From Chrysomallon squamiferum (taxonomy: Eukaryota; Animalia; Mollusca): a stretch of 64,000 nt of DNA. Under the pieces are notes generated by a model. The model was not told where the DNA came from. It saw only the letters and a program-made list of their open reading frames with translations, and ran no database searches. The DNA is taken from contig CM022671.1 in NCBI GenBank assembly GCA_012295275.1, positions 14,198,001-14,262,000 on the forward strand, given 5' to 3'. Position numbers and translations under genes: made by a program. Shown piece by piece: positions 25,476 through 40,370 of the stretch. Numbering within the stretch: the stretch's first letter is position 1; every line of letters starts with the position of its first letter.

Positions 25476-26506
25476 TATTATTATTATTATTTAACATCAT
25501 TATCATCATTAACATCATCAGTGTCATAATCAAATAACACTTTGCGCAGTTTTTAACACATTGTAATTTTGATTTTGATTTTAATGATTATTTATTTATT
25601 TATTATTATTCGTTCATTTGTTACTTTCTTTGCTTATTTTTAAAGACGCCAGTTTAAGATTTCTTCTTTTTTCTTTAAATTACAGCATTCAATTTTTTTT
25701 TTTATCTCTTTACAATTATAAAAACTTATAAATATAATAGTACTAATGCTAACAACAACAACAACAACAACAACATATTATATCATATTTCAGTGTAATT
25801 TAATGATAATAATAATAGTAATAATAACAGTAATAATAATAAGAATAACAAAAAATAACAATAACAATATTAACAAAAACAAAAAGAAGAGCAAAGAAGC
25901 AAGAAGAAGAATATATAATGTTTCTTATTGGTGCTTGTAACTGTATGAAACTGACGTAACCGGGTCTAAATACCTGAAATAATAATATTAGTTACGTAAC
26001 ACCGACGTACGGTAATTAGAAAAGAGAAGAGTTATTCTAAATTCATGTTAATTACACGGTGAACGTAGCTAACACAGACAGTAAATCACGTATCAACGAT
26101 CTGGCAACAAAAGCCAATCTGTCTGGGATTAACACCGGCCTCTGCGTCAGGTGACAGATCCCAGAAATGAATCGAGCGGTGGCATATTGCTGTGAAGAGA
26201 GACACTGTGGCTGGAGACGCGAAGTCAGGCTAGGTGTCACAATGTAGGTTTGTGTCCGCGTGTTTCGGTGGAATGCGTGTACACAACAGTCGCGAGAGGC
26301 AGTGAGCATGGGAAAATGTCTTACATTGCCCAACAGCGACAAATCAGTGATGACATTAGCCGCTGGTTTTACTGCTAGGTTTAGGTAATTGAATTCTTGC
26401 GTTGATCAGAACAAATGTGAGAAACACGTTTTCTGGTAGGAACTAAGTCGACTTTTTGTAAATTAAAAATGATTTATTTGTTTATTTATTTATTTATTTA
26501 TCTCTT

Positions 26507-26542
<36 letters not shown>

Positions 26543-26829
26543 TTTTTACCGTTTCATTTAGTCTTTTTTTCAACATCACTCTGTTGGGGCAAATCTAAAA
26601 AGTCATAAAAAAGTTTCATAATCAGAAATGTAATGAAAATATTTATACAGGTCTGTTTGAAATAGCGTAACGAATAAATCGAGTTATCTGATTTTCAGAT
26701 TACCTGAAATCTGTGAAAATGTGGTTGTTACTGAACAGCAAATATAACCGTAACCTTGTTTAATGAACGAAAATTGTTTAAAACCTTCTTTTGTGGGTCG
26801 TAGAGTAGAAACATTGTTAAAAATTAGTA

Positions 26830-26874
26830 CAGTCTAAGTATCCCTTATTCGAAAAAGAAACAACAACAATAACA

Positions 26875-26910
<36 letters not shown>

Positions 26911-27239
26911 TAATAATAATAATAATAATAACAACTACAACAACAACAACAACAACATCAAGAATGAGAATCCCTTATCCGAAATTCTTGAGAGCGGAAG
27001 TGATTCGGATTTCTGAATATAATAAGACAGCCTAAGAACAGGATCTAAGTTTAAAAACGAATTCCATTTGTATTTCATTTACAAACAGTCTGCGGGATAT
27101 TTTGTTAAATAATATTATTAATAATTTTGTGCATAATTATGCAAAACAGTCCGAAAACTTCAAGATTATCACCATTTTTGCTGCTTGGAAAACGTTTCCG
27201 ATCTGGGAGCTTTTCACATTTCGGAATTTTGAATTCAGG

Positions 27240-27240
<1 letters not shown>
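26830..27240. mobile_element. Degenerate pogo/Tigger-like MITE copy, interrupted and truncated by microsatellites
   Basis: TIR-like TA|CAGTCTAAGTATCCCTTATTCGAAA at 26830 and GAGAATCCCTTATCCGAAAT at about 26966; the body aligns by eye to 27467-27769. Confidence 0.65.
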
Positions 27241-27270
<30 letters not shown>

Positions 27271-27466
27271 GTAGTAGTAGTAGTAGTAGTAGTAATAATA
27301 GTAGTAGTAGTAGGAGGAGTAGTAGTAGTAGTAGTAGTATACTGTTATCATTATTATTTAAATTAATTATTTTAATTATTTAATCCATTCTAGCTGCTGC
27401 TCTTCGGTACTTGTTTGCTGTCAGTGGGAAGGATCACTGTTATTTAAAATATGAAATTATCTGATA

Positions 27467-27769
27467 CAGGTTGGGAATCCTTTACCCGAAATGCCTGGGA
27501 CCCGAAGCGGTTCGGATTTCGGAATATTTCGGAATATTTTGGATTTTAGAATGTAAGGAGGTAGCATGAGAATAGAATCTACGTCTAAATGTGAATTCCA
27601 TTAATTTTTCATTTACAGCTTACAGATAGTCTGCAGGATTTTTAAAATAATATTGTTTGTGCAAAAAAAGTCCGATTTGTATGTGCAAAAAAGTCCGACA
27701 ACTGTAAGATACTATTATTTCTGTTGCTCGGAAAAAAATTCGGATTTCGGATAAAGAATGCTCAACCTG
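27467..27769. mobile_element. pogo/Tigger-like MITE (303 bp)
   Basis: TIRs CAGGTTGGGAATCCTTTACCCGAAAT / ATTTCGGATAAAGAATGCTCAACCTG; TA on both flanks; subterminal TTCGGA repeats. Confidence 0.88.
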
Positions 27770-28734
27770 TATAATTGTTTATTCACATACAAATATAAGT
27801 TAAACAGCAAAATACGACGATGCTTTCATTTCTATATCTAATTTTTATTTTTATTATTATAATTGTTCGAATTATCCTTCTCCCCATCATCATCATTTAA
27901 ACTATTTTTCTGTATTATTATTTCTTTTCTGATTATCAATTATTCCCGTGGTCTGCCCTGAATCTTAAACCGCCTTCGTTTTCCCGACGAATTTCTCTTA
28001 AATGGAAGAATATTTTCAACGTTTTAACATTTTGCTGTGTCGGGTAATGCGTTATAGCCATTAGTTGTTCTTAATTGCATTTATCAAGTGCCTTTCTTTA
28101 CTCTCTCCGGTGTGCGTTTAAATGGGAAAATAATCGGAAACTATGTTGAACACTTAATGTTAATTGGGTCTTGATGTTTCTCTTGCTTCCTGCGCCACCT
28201 CCGAAATCTCGCGAGATTCCACCGGTTTGCACGTGAAGGGTGGTATCCAGGCCTTTGCGGAACCGCCATTACAGTCAAATCTCGTGTGACTTAGCGCATC
28301 CGAGTCGCCGAGACATAACACGAGCCCGTGCAACATGGCTGCATTTTTATCTTTCACGTAAATGGATTTTTCAACAGTACATTTTAACGGTGAATGCTAA
28401 TGATGAAATATTATTCTCACTTGAGACAGTTAATGAAGCGGAATGCCATGAGTTAAAAAAAAAAAAAAAAAAAAAAAAACTGAAATATTTCAAACAAAAC
28501 ACTATGGAGACAACAGCTATGGAGGTCCTTTTTAATATGTGTGTTTTTAATCCACAGCTCTTTTTTTTTTTTTCTCTCTCTTTTTTTTTTTTTTTTTTTT
28601 TTTTGTTGCTGTAAAATTTTAAATTGCAGTTCATTAAGTATCTATATCAGAAAGAAATTCTTACACTGACATATTAAGGTGAATGATTAATTTTTAACGT
28701 TTTACTTTTCACAAGCTACACTTTTACTGTGCAA

Positions 28735-28792
28735 GTGACTCGCTCAGTTGTGTCGTTATAAATGAAAGGGTCCCGAGTTCGTGTTTCGGTCA
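28735..28792 (+). mobile_element. Degenerate tRNA-derived sequence (SINE head or tRNA pseudogene)
   Basis: A-box-like TCGCTCAGTTG; T-arm-like CCGAG-TTCGTGT-TTCGG preceded by AAGGGT; anticodon arm not recognisable. Confidence 0.4.
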
Positions 28793-29100
28793 AAAAGCTA
28801 AACTGCATCCATGTTTAATTTTCATATTTATTTAATTTTTATGGTCGTGTTTGTCGTTCGAACCACATTTGGAACCATAACGGGACAGATTAAATAAATA
28901 TATATATATATATTTATTATAATTTTTAAATTTGTGTTAAAGAATGGAGATTTTTAATTTTGTAACCCATAAAACTTTGTTGGCACTTTGTTCAAAGATC
29001 GAATCAAAACATTCAGTATTTCGGTATACATTTTTAAAAAGAAATGAGTTTCATTGTAACGTTTTTAAATAAAATAAACAACAACAACAAATAATAATAA

Positions 29101-29131
<31 letters not shown>

Positions 29132-29580
29132 AAGAAGAAGAAGAAGAAGAAGAAGAAGAAGAAGAAGAAAGAAAGAAAGAAAGAAAGAAAAACGCACTAA
29201 CAACAATAACAAAAAAATAATAATAATAAAAAGAAAATAAAAGAAAATAAAATAAATAAAAGAAAAGCAAGGAAAACTGGTAGGCACGGGAAAAGAGATG
29301 TTTGAGTCTTTGCTGTTCAGACTTACGAGTAATTCTTATTTCAGAACATCTGATTTGTACACGTGCTGTTTATCTTGTGTGACTGATATAAATTACCATT
29401 CATTTCTTTATAGAGGTAACTGTTCAGAAAACACGTGTTTCAATAGCATCACATTACGTGTTTTCTTGCCAGTACAACACTAACTCAGATCTTCTTTTAT
29501 AAGTAAGTTCAGTTTTTTGTGTCTGTGTTTTCTTTCTCTAATTAGTTACAGTTGTTTTCCTTCTTCTGTTTCTTCTTCCA

Positions 29581-29637
<57 letters not shown>

Positions 29638-29839
29638 TTTGAAGTAATAGTTGTTGTAGCAGTAATAATAAAAGTAATAACAATATTGTGTTATTGTTTT
29701 TTAAGGTGTTGTATTTTTCTTTTCGCTGTCAGTTTATAAAACTGTAATTTTCTTGTTTTTCTAACTTATTTATATTTTAATGGGTATTTCTGCTTCATCT
29801 TCTCTTCTTTTTTAATTCTTTTTTTTCTCTTTCTTTAAT

Positions 29840-30435
29840 AAAAATGTATTTCATTTAATATTAATTATTTATTATCAATAATAATATTCAATAACGTTTA
29901 AAAAACATATAATAACAAATAACTGAAAGAATAATTTTTAAAATGCATTTCATTTAATATTAATTATTAATTATTATTAATAATATTCAAGAACGTTTTA
30001 AAAAAATATAGAAACAAATAACTGAGAGAATAATTTTAAAAAATGTATTTCATTTACTATTAATAATAATATTATTTATTAATTATTAATAATAATATTC
30101 AAGAACGTTTTAAAAAAATATAGAAACAAATAACAAAGAATAATTTGTTAAAAATGTATTTCATTTAATATTAATAATAATATTGTTTATTAATTATTAA
30201 TAATAATATTCAAGAACTTAAAAATAAATATAGAAACAAATAACTGAAAGAATAATTTAAAAAAATGTATTTCATTGAATATTAATAATAATATTATTAT
30301 TTATTATTAATAATAATATGATTATTTATTAATAATAATAATATAATTTATTAATTATTAATAATAACATAATTTATAATTATTAATAATAACATTCAAG
30401 AACGTTTTCAAAACAGTATAAAAAGAAATAACTGA
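29840..30435. repeat. AT-rich tandem repeat, unit about 100 bp, 5-6 copies
   Basis: Recurring aaaatgtatttcatttaatattaat...aatattcaagaacgttttaaaaaaatatagaaacaaataactgaaagaataatt. Confidence 0.85.
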
Positions 30436-30849
30436 AAAACAAGTCATCTTTCAGTAGAACACAAACACACAGACATACATTCAGTACTGTACGCAGCCAC
30501 ATTGGTATTACACTAACAACAAAACCAGCACGGAGCCTATCATCGTACATCACTGTCGCTGTTAAAACAAATTCTCGCTGTACTGTCCAGGCAATGAATT
30601 TACGAACCCGCATACAAAACGAAAATGATATTTTTTTCAGCGGTGTAAATTCAGCAGGGCTATTAATTTCACCTCCGCGGTTTCGCTGGACCGTTCTGCG
30701 ACAGATGGTGGAATGGATGTTCTGGTTGCCGCTGATCAGACTAGCCCCTATAGTAACTGTACACTTTAAAACACTGACGCCAAAATAGCATTTCACCATT
30801 TAACATGTTCACCCGCGTGTGACATCCTGTAGCACTTTCTAAAACAAAA

Positions 30850-31151
<302 letters not shown>

Positions 31152-32823
31152 AATATATACATATGTAGATTTTTATTTTTGGTATTATGATTTATTTATG
31201 ACACTACCTGATTGCTAGGTTCGACTAAGTAAGAAACAATAATTTAAAATTTTGATCTACGAAGCTTCTGTCTTTCAAATTCATTTTTTCGAAGCTTCAC
31301 TTTATTTTATGATTAATACTACATAAAATAAATAAATAAATAAATAAACAAATAAATAAATAAATAAATAATATGGAAAATAGTCCAATCTGTCTAATCC
31401 CGTTTCTTTAAACATCTTATACTACAAATAAATATATTTTTCTCTTTATTTGTTTATTTATTTATATTTAATTTTGGTTTTCGGTGAATAATAACAGTAA
31501 ACATAATTCCATACAATACTTGTTCTTCTATATTTTATTCTTATCACTGTTATTCATCTTTGGTTTTTATTATTATTATTATATATATATATATAATTAT
31601 TATATAAGAATCCTGACTTATATAATAATTATTTTAGTAATTTAACTAATATCAGTATTATCTAATATTTAATAAATAAATATAAAAGATGCAAAAACTA
31701 TGTTTCTATAACTGTTTATGTACTACTACCACCACTACTACTTCTACTATTACCACTACTGGTACAATAACAACTACTACTTTACTACTACTACTAAATA
31801 AATAAATAAATAAAATAAAATAAAATAATGTTAACAGCAATTAAGTGTATAAACACACACAGAAGTAATTGCATAAAATTTTAATTAAAAATTATTCTTT
31901 CAATTGTAACACTGATTTTTATGTTTTTACTATACTTATTTCTAATTTAATTCTCTGTTTATATTGTGAATATTTCTGCTGTTATTCTGTTACAAACAGC
32001 CACGTATTCTTTTCATTTTTTTTTTTTTTTTTTTTTTTTCAAAATTATTTTCTTTATTTCTTTATTTATATTTGTGTGTGTGTGTGTGTGTGTGTGTGTT
32101 TGAGTGTGTGTATGGGTGTGTGTGTGTTTGTGTGTGTTTTGTATGTGTGTGTGTGTATGTGTGTGTGTTTGTGTGTGTGGACTTTTTATAAAAGTTATAT
32201 TTTTCTGAGACATCATCGCAGCATTCAGATACCTCGTGTTATTTGGGAGCTACCCATATTGTGAGAACGAACAATTATTTAACGGTTTTCATATTCACGT
32301 GGGCGGAACGCCACACCAGAATTCTGTATTAATGGTAATCGCACTACAATATGATAGTCCCCTGGTGAATTACCCGTGCACGCTGAGCTCCAGATACGCC
32401 TCTTTCAGTTACAACACCACGCCCAGGGCAGGGAACAAAGATTTCAGACTGCAGAAAGGAACGATGATTCAAAAATAATGCGAGCACTCTCTCGTGATCC
32501 CCAGTCTAAAGTTACAGTCCGTGTTCAGCCGAAACAACTGTTATACTTGAAATTTATTCTTAAAGCCGTAGCTGATTAGTACTGTGTTAAAAAAAAAAAA
32601 AAAAACAGATTCTTAATTAATGCAGTTCATTGATTATAAAAGTATACATAAGAATGCCTTGAAAATAATATTCGACTTCTTAAATGGAAATGTATTTATT
32701 TATTTACGTATATGTTTGTTTTAACTGTCGACGTTATTAATATTATTATTTGATTATAATAACAATAGAAGCATGTTTAATAATATAAATAATAATAATA
32801 ATAATGTCGACAATGTGTGTGTG

Positions 32824-32866
<43 letters not shown>

Positions 32867-33277
32867 TTAAATGTTAGCAACAACTGTTACAGTAATAATA
32901 AATAAACTGAGATTTTTCAAAAGTGTATTGTTTTCTTTGTTTTATATTGATGAAAGTGGTCTTTAGATGCTCGTTGTCACTACAATTACCACTAAGACTA
33001 CAACTTCTACTACTAGTGTTACCACCACTAGTACTTGTTACTGCCACTATTACAACACACCATAACAAACACTGCAAGCTATTAGCAGTCGATGCACGTA
33101 CTGCTGTTACAACTGCTCTTACTGCTGTAAAAAAAAACATCATCATCGTTAGCACGTGAATACCGGTTTGTTACTTTTCTGTTGTCCAAACTACGATTAA
33201 TAATTACAGTTATTGTCAGTTACTATAATTACTGTTATCCTTACAAAAACAACCTTCGCTACAACTGTTACTGTCCG

Positions 33278-33308
<31 letters not shown>

Positions 33309-33411
33309 GTCATCGTCATCGACATCACAATAATAATAATAATAATAAAAAAAATAAAAATAATAATAATAATAATAATAATATTCATATTCATATTCAT
33401 ATTCATATTTA

Positions 33412-33462
<51 letters not shown>

Positions 33463-33796
33463 ACAAAAATAGGCAGGTAGACTTTTCCCCTCTGTTTCTC
33501 TTTCTCAGCTTAATATAAATGGAAATAACTGCCACATCGGCTACTGTTTTTGCTTTGGTTACTAATGTATACTTTCAACATAAATGTATTTCACAGAACA
33601 ACAGTTACAATCTAATATGCACAAAACTAACAAATTACATTTTATTCATTAAAAAGAAGAAGAAGAAAAAGAAAAAAACCCTCGAACATGCACGAGAATT
33701 TGAAATTATTAGTCAAACACGTGTTTTCTTTCTGTACTAATATATAAATGTCACTATTTTTAAGGCCGAGACAACATGCTGAACGTTTGAAAAAGA

Positions 33797-33800
<4 letters not shown>

Positions 33801-33885
<85 letters not shown>
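33801..33885. repeat. (GA)n microsatellite; other long GA/TC tracts at 37443-37522 and 47770-47850
   Basis: Read directly from the sequence. Confidence 0.95.
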
Positions 33886-33887
<2 letters not shown>

Positions 33888-34281
33888 GCTGTTGTGACAC
33901 TATTTGTCATTATGAAATGATGAATTGAAAACAAAACTGATAACGTCGGCACAGCGTACAAATACAGACATACAAATAAATCAGTTTCTGATCTGACAGT
34001 AACGATTCATCGATGATCGCTGGGGGTGACCACAGAGCCGCACGACCCAAGCCGCGAAACGTCACCGTACGTCTGCACGGCGCGTGCCGCACGTGCCAAG
34101 TTCGGTGCGGATCGCGGCTTTCCGGAGATGACAACGATGATAAATAGAAGCGCAATGTGCTGATTTAATGCTAAATGATTGTTTGCTTTATACACATCTG
34201 TGACTTGTGATTCAACACTTGCTACCTGTTTGGGTTACTATGGTAATCTGCTCTTCGTTTACATAAATAAAGAATGTAATT

Positions 34282-34313
<32 letters not shown>

Positions 34314-36006
34314 AGAACAAATACACGAATATAAGGTAAATTTAAATGAATAATCTAATTAAACAAAATAAAAATGTAACAGTTTTTGACATTATTCTTT
34401 AGGTAATTTAACAGTTTTATTAAACTTTTGTACTATTGTTATAATTATAATTATAATAATTATTATTATTAATATTATTATTATTTTTATTATTATTATT
34501 TAACAAAATCCGACAGATTAATGCAAATATTGTAATGGAGGTTGTGATATTTTTTTTAAAAAGGTGTTATCTACGTCTGTCGTTTGAAAAGTTTGTGAAG
34601 AAGAAAAAACTGTGTAATTATAAAAATCTTAAAATTACACGAATTATTTATTTTATATTACCTTTCATAAGCATCATAATTATCATCAGCATTTTTACCA
34701 CTATATTAGCATCACATTAATAATATTGTTGTTGTAGCTGTTCTTTCATTGTTATTATTATTAGTAGTTGTAGTAGGAGTAGGAGTAGTAGTGGTAGTAG
34801 TAATACTAGTAATAGTGGTAGTAAAAGTACAGTTTTATCTTCGTTGAGAAGTCCTCAGTGTTTTTTAAGAAACTATGTCAACGCCGTTACGTAAAATATT
34901 ACTAAAAAAGAAAAAGAACATAAAAAAAATGATGTGCGTGACCATGATGTTGAGATGACTGACAAGTATATTAATAATCGCATGTTTGGGTTTCGTTCAT
35001 AAATGAGTTTATCAATTAAAGTTGGCAGAGGTGTTGGCCATTTTCATTTATAAATGAAAACCGGGTTCACCGTTTGGTTTCTGAGAGAAACTGTGACAGG
35101 AAATCATTACGAAGTAACACCTTCAGAAGAGGATATGAAACGCATATGAATAACATGCAAATTTCATCGCGAATGCCAAATAATCGACGTTTATAAATCG
35201 TCACCTGAAAGTTTCTCTTCGTGCTTCTGCGACGGAGTTGTTCCCCTTAAGGTTTCATCCAAACCTTAATTCAATGAAACGTTGTGTGATTATTGAAGCT
35301 TGACGAGCTATCCGGGAACAAACAGTCTGCTCCCAGATAGGTACTTCGGTAGCCTAGGCGTGGAAAATAAGGTCAGTTCAATACGACCTCTGTGAATATT
35401 TAAAACACTACAATCATTCTCGTCTGCAAAGTGATGGAGTCGCTGCCAAACCTTATCAATAATGCTGGAAGCGACACCTTCCTGTTTTATAGCGTCACCA
35501 GTGAAAATGGAATCGCTGGCTGATAATGATTTTGGTCGCCATTTTGTTCCCGTGGTGCCATCTTTTCGCTCACCGGCATCCCATTGGCAGGCCGAGGACA
35601 CGTCGCTGGAAATAATTACGCCATAATGTTGAATTTTTCTGCTCCTTTGCGAGTCGTAAAGTGCCATTTCTGGTTTTTCCTTTAACAGAAGGTGTCATTT
35701 GACAATTTCACAAAGCCACATTCGTAAATTCTCATCTGTTTTTGTTTTCAGAAATGCACAAGGTGTTATAGCTGAACAAAATAAGATGCACTGTACATTT
35801 TTTTCAAACCATAGAAAATAAAACGTAACTTTTATTAGTTTTCGAGTAAGTGACTGGAATGAATCCCAAATTTGTATTCCAACTACAGATAAATAAAATA
35901 ATTGCAGTCTTTTATTACAATTCAAACAGCACCTCAACATGTGTGTCTGTTTGAATACGCACATATATATTTGAAATTTGGACACGCCCCAGTATAGAAT
36001 GTATTG

Positions 36007-36037
<31 letters not shown>

Positions 36038-36456
36038 TACATATTTGAAATTTGGACAAGCCCCAGTATACAATGTATTGACATGATCAGCTGGGAGGGG
36101 CTGGTCATATTTACATTCAGAACTCAACTGTTTTACAGCAGTGTAAATTATTTTGATATTAACGTTTGTATATATATATGTATATATATACACACATATA
36201 ATTTAAAAAAAAATTAATATGAGTATTCTTTTTCCAGATAAACATATTGTTTATTTTTAATTTTTTATTTGTTCTTTTTATTTATTATTATTTTTGTTTT
36301 TATTTATTTATTTATTTTGTTTTTATTTATTTATTTATTTATTTATCCTAGAGTGTTTTTTTCATACCTAGAGATAAAAGTGAAATAAAACAATCTAACT
36401 ACAAAAGGGTAAAATTATAACATAGAATGGTATGTATATTAATATAATAATAATAA

Positions 36457-36487
<31 letters not shown>

Positions 36488-36662
36488 AAGAAAGAAAATT
36501 AAATTAAAATTTAAAAAAGGAAGTAAAGACAGTAAAGTTGGAACTGAAGTAGTAGTAGTAGTAGTCGTAGTAGTATTTTGATAGCAGAAGATATTTTATA
36601 ATCATTAGACTTGTCTATGGATGGACAAAAAAGAGTGAGAAAAAGGAAGATAAAAGTACACT

Positions 36663-36703
<41 letters not shown>

Positions 36704-37435
36704 TACTGTTTTTACTTGTATCCTTTTATCCCTATTTATTTAATTATTTATTTATTGTTGTTGCTGTTGTCGTTTTTGTTGTTGTTGTTGTTGTTATAAA
36801 CCTTATTATTTTTTAATTTAATTATTATTATTATTATTTTCTTCTCTTTTCTCATTCTTTTTTAAATTCTTTCAAGGATCATGGTATTAATGTCATGACT
36901 ATTAATAGCTGTATATCAGATTTGAATTGTGGTAGTTTAAAGTTACAGTTAATCAAGGTATAGCTACTGATTTCCTTGTTTCCGCGTGTAACAGCTTGGT
37001 AAATCTCAATTCACGAAGGTTACTAAGTTACAGCCATTTGCCATCTCTGTATATTGTATTATGAGACTGAATGCTTTTATTGTATTTGATAACAAACAGA
37101 TAATTTCTCTCTCCTTTCGAAATATGTTGCAACAGTCTGGTGTTTTTGCTATTATTGTTATTTTTCGTATTGGTATTATTCTGTTTATTTAAATATTTGA
37201 TAGCTTTTTTTTAAAGCTGACTGCAGTTGCACAGTAAAATTACTGGCTGCGACAGTTTTATTAAATAAAAATAGAAACACTTTCCTAACGTGGGTCACTG
37301 GCTGCTTAATTTATGTAAGTGAAATGATTAAATGTCAACTGATTATCACTGCAGTCACGTAGGTGGCAGAAACCCGTCTACACTGCGTCCCAGACCAAAC
37401 AACAGCTTCAGTAGGTGATACGTACAAAAAACAGC

Positions 37436-37526
<91 letters not shown>

Positions 37527-38580
37527 GCATATCATGTATAAACCAGTATTTGACGTAGATTTTTACAAGTGTTTATACCTCGTAAATATCATTTTCTGAT
37601 CATCTCATTGAGTGTGTTGTTACACAATTAAAATAAAAAAAATATAAAAAAAAGCTAAAGAGGACCTCGAGTGTCCTCTCGTTTTTACCCATTTCTGTAA
37701 CTGATAAATACTGCCAAATAATACGTAAAATACATTTACATTTTCTAGATGACAATAATTTGGAGCAGAAAATTGCAGGTTTTAATTCTATAAAACGATA
37801 AATTCTATGTGGCGTAAAGCATTGTGCTAAAGGTAGGAAAGAGGAAACACGATTCAGAAAGATATGGGCAACTCGATATGAGAAATATATTTTATTATAT
37901 GTTCCTTTCTTACCGATTCACGATTCACACAATGAGTTTGAGCCTGGAGATAAACCACAAGAGCCAAACTTTATCTACTGCATAAACATTTCCTTGTGAT
38001 CTCAGCCAGACCGAACATGACATTTAAACTAGTGTTGAGAAGAAAAAAAAAAAAAAAAAAAAAAAGAAGTAAAATGAGGTAAGGAGAGCCACAATACTTA
38101 AAATGGAGCAGGTTTTTTTTTTTTATTTCTTATCTGGTTACGCTTATTTATCGCCAGAGTAATCTCAAAACAAGCTGAACGTCAGACCATGAAACTAATT
38201 AATTATATTTACAATAAGCTATCAAAGCAGCCGTCAACGTATCATAAAAAAAAAAATAATAAAATAAAATAAAAAACAGCAGAGTAATTGATTTTTACTT
38301 AATATTTCAAGTTCACGGGTTGTAGTTTTTTTTTTGTTTTTTTTGTGGGCAGGTGGAGGCTGTTGTTACTAAGACAAGTATAATTAGTGGTATTAAAACA
38401 CGGATGGGTGACGACGTTACGAGCGTGATTAATTACAGTGTGTAATACGCGTTACAGAACACGGACGTCGCCGAACTCACCGTTATATGATCTGAGCGTA
38501 ATCAACTAGTAAGCGTTTGAAACTGCCGTAATTTTAAAATATATACATATAACAGTGTGATTATAAACCAAGTTTTAGTG

Positions 38581-38613
<33 letters not shown>

Positions 38614-38712
38614 GTCATTTTGTTAGAATCTCATCTCGGAAATTAACAATTTTTAATACACTGCCTATGATTGTTTTCGTTATCAACATTTGACAGTCTA
38701 GTATTTCAAAAA

Positions 38713-38744
<32 letters not shown>

Positions 38745-39384
38745 AATAAGAAAAAAATAATAAGAAGAAAGAAAGAAAGAAAGAAAAGAAAGAAAAAAGA
38801 AAACAAAGAAAAATTTAAAAAAGAAAACAATGAAAAACCTGTAAAAGCTAGGTATTGTTGTACAAAATGAACAAAAGAAGAAGATAAAATATAATCAAAG
38901 CAAGAAAAAGCGACAGAAAAGTGGAGCTGGATGAATGAAATCATTTGTTCATTCGAATGTTTATCACTGTAGACGTTAAAAAGTGGTTGTCTGTACTCAC
39001 TCCTTCCGTGTTCTCATTATCGACAAACTGTCGATGACCACGTGTTACACAACACCTACGTTGGTGTCAGTGAAACCGCTGGCTTGTCGGTGTTGTCGGC
39101 GTGGTTCCGCACAGGTGCGCGCACGAGCTAATTAAGCAAAACTGAATGTGCCATGTGATGTCCTGAAACGGACACGGAAATGTGACATGTGACTGACATG
39201 TTAATTAATACAAACAGATCACTGTTACTACTTCCTTGTTTTTTCTTCATCATCATCATCAGCAACAGCAGCAGCAGCAGCAGCCCTCCACCATCACCAC
39301 AGCTACCACAATAATTATCATCATCATCACCATTATTATGAGTATTATTATTATTATTATGTATTGATTTGTAATGCAAATTTC

Positions 39385-40370
39385 AACGTTATTATGTTGT
39401 ATTCACTTCTTTTGCTCTGTATTATAACGTTATTTGTATTATAGTTTTTAATGGTTTTATATCACGTTCTTTCCGTGACGGTTTTCACTTTTTTGTATTG
39501 CGTTCTTTCCATTACAATCACACTTCTTTTTTTATGTTATCTGTATTAGTTTTCAGTATTTTTTATATTACGTTACTGATAATACTGTTTTCAGTACCGA
39601 AATTTATTACGCTATTTGTATTTCAGTATTTATCTGTTACTTTATTTGTATTACGTTAGTGTTAAAACTGTTTTCAGTACCAAAAATTATTACGCTATTT
39701 GTATTTCAGTATTTTTCTATTACTTGATTTGTATTACAATTTTCACTTTTTTGTATTACGTTATTTCCATTACAGTTTACACTTTTTTTTTTGTATTACC
39801 TTATTTGTATTAAAGTTTTCAATATTTTTGTATTACGCTATTTATATTAAAGTTTTCAATATTTTTGTATTATGGTATTTGTATTACAGTTTTCGCATTT
39901 TTTGTATTATGTTATTTGCTATACAGTTTTCACTTTTTTGTATTACGTTATTTGTATAACAGTTTTCACTTTTTATATTACGTTATTTGTATTACAATTT
40001 TCACTTTTTTTATTACGTTATTTGTATTGCAGTTTTCACTTTTTTTATTACGTTATTTGTATTGCAGTTTTCACTTTTTATATTACGTTATTTGTATTAC
40101 AATTTTCAATTAAATTATTTCTATTATAGTTTTCAGTATTTTTTTTTATTATGTTATTAGTGTTGGAGAAGTTTTATTTATTTTTAATGCTGATTTGCAT
40201 CGTATTACAGTTTTCACTTTTTTATATTACGTTATTAGTATTACAGTTTTCACTTTTTTGTATTACGTTATTTGTATTACAATTTTCAATTAAATTATTT
40301 CTATTATAGTTTTCAGTATTTTTTTTTATTATGTTTATTATTTTTAATGCTGATTTGCATCGTATTGCAG
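39385..40370. repeat. Degenerate minisatellite, unit about 36 bp
   Basis: Unit approximately TTACGTTATTTGTATTACAGTTTTCACTTTTTTGTA; higher-order duplication at 40065-40210 / 40245-40370. Confidence 0.9.

Noticed and set aside
35308-35667. 119-aa minus-strand ORF in complex sequence
   Set aside because: No recognisable domain and no linked exons; better explained as a GC-richer regulatory island.
37659-37679. Short hairpin AGAGGAC-N7-GTCCTCT as a terminator or element end
   Set aside because: Isolated 7-bp stem with no partner end or target-site duplication found.
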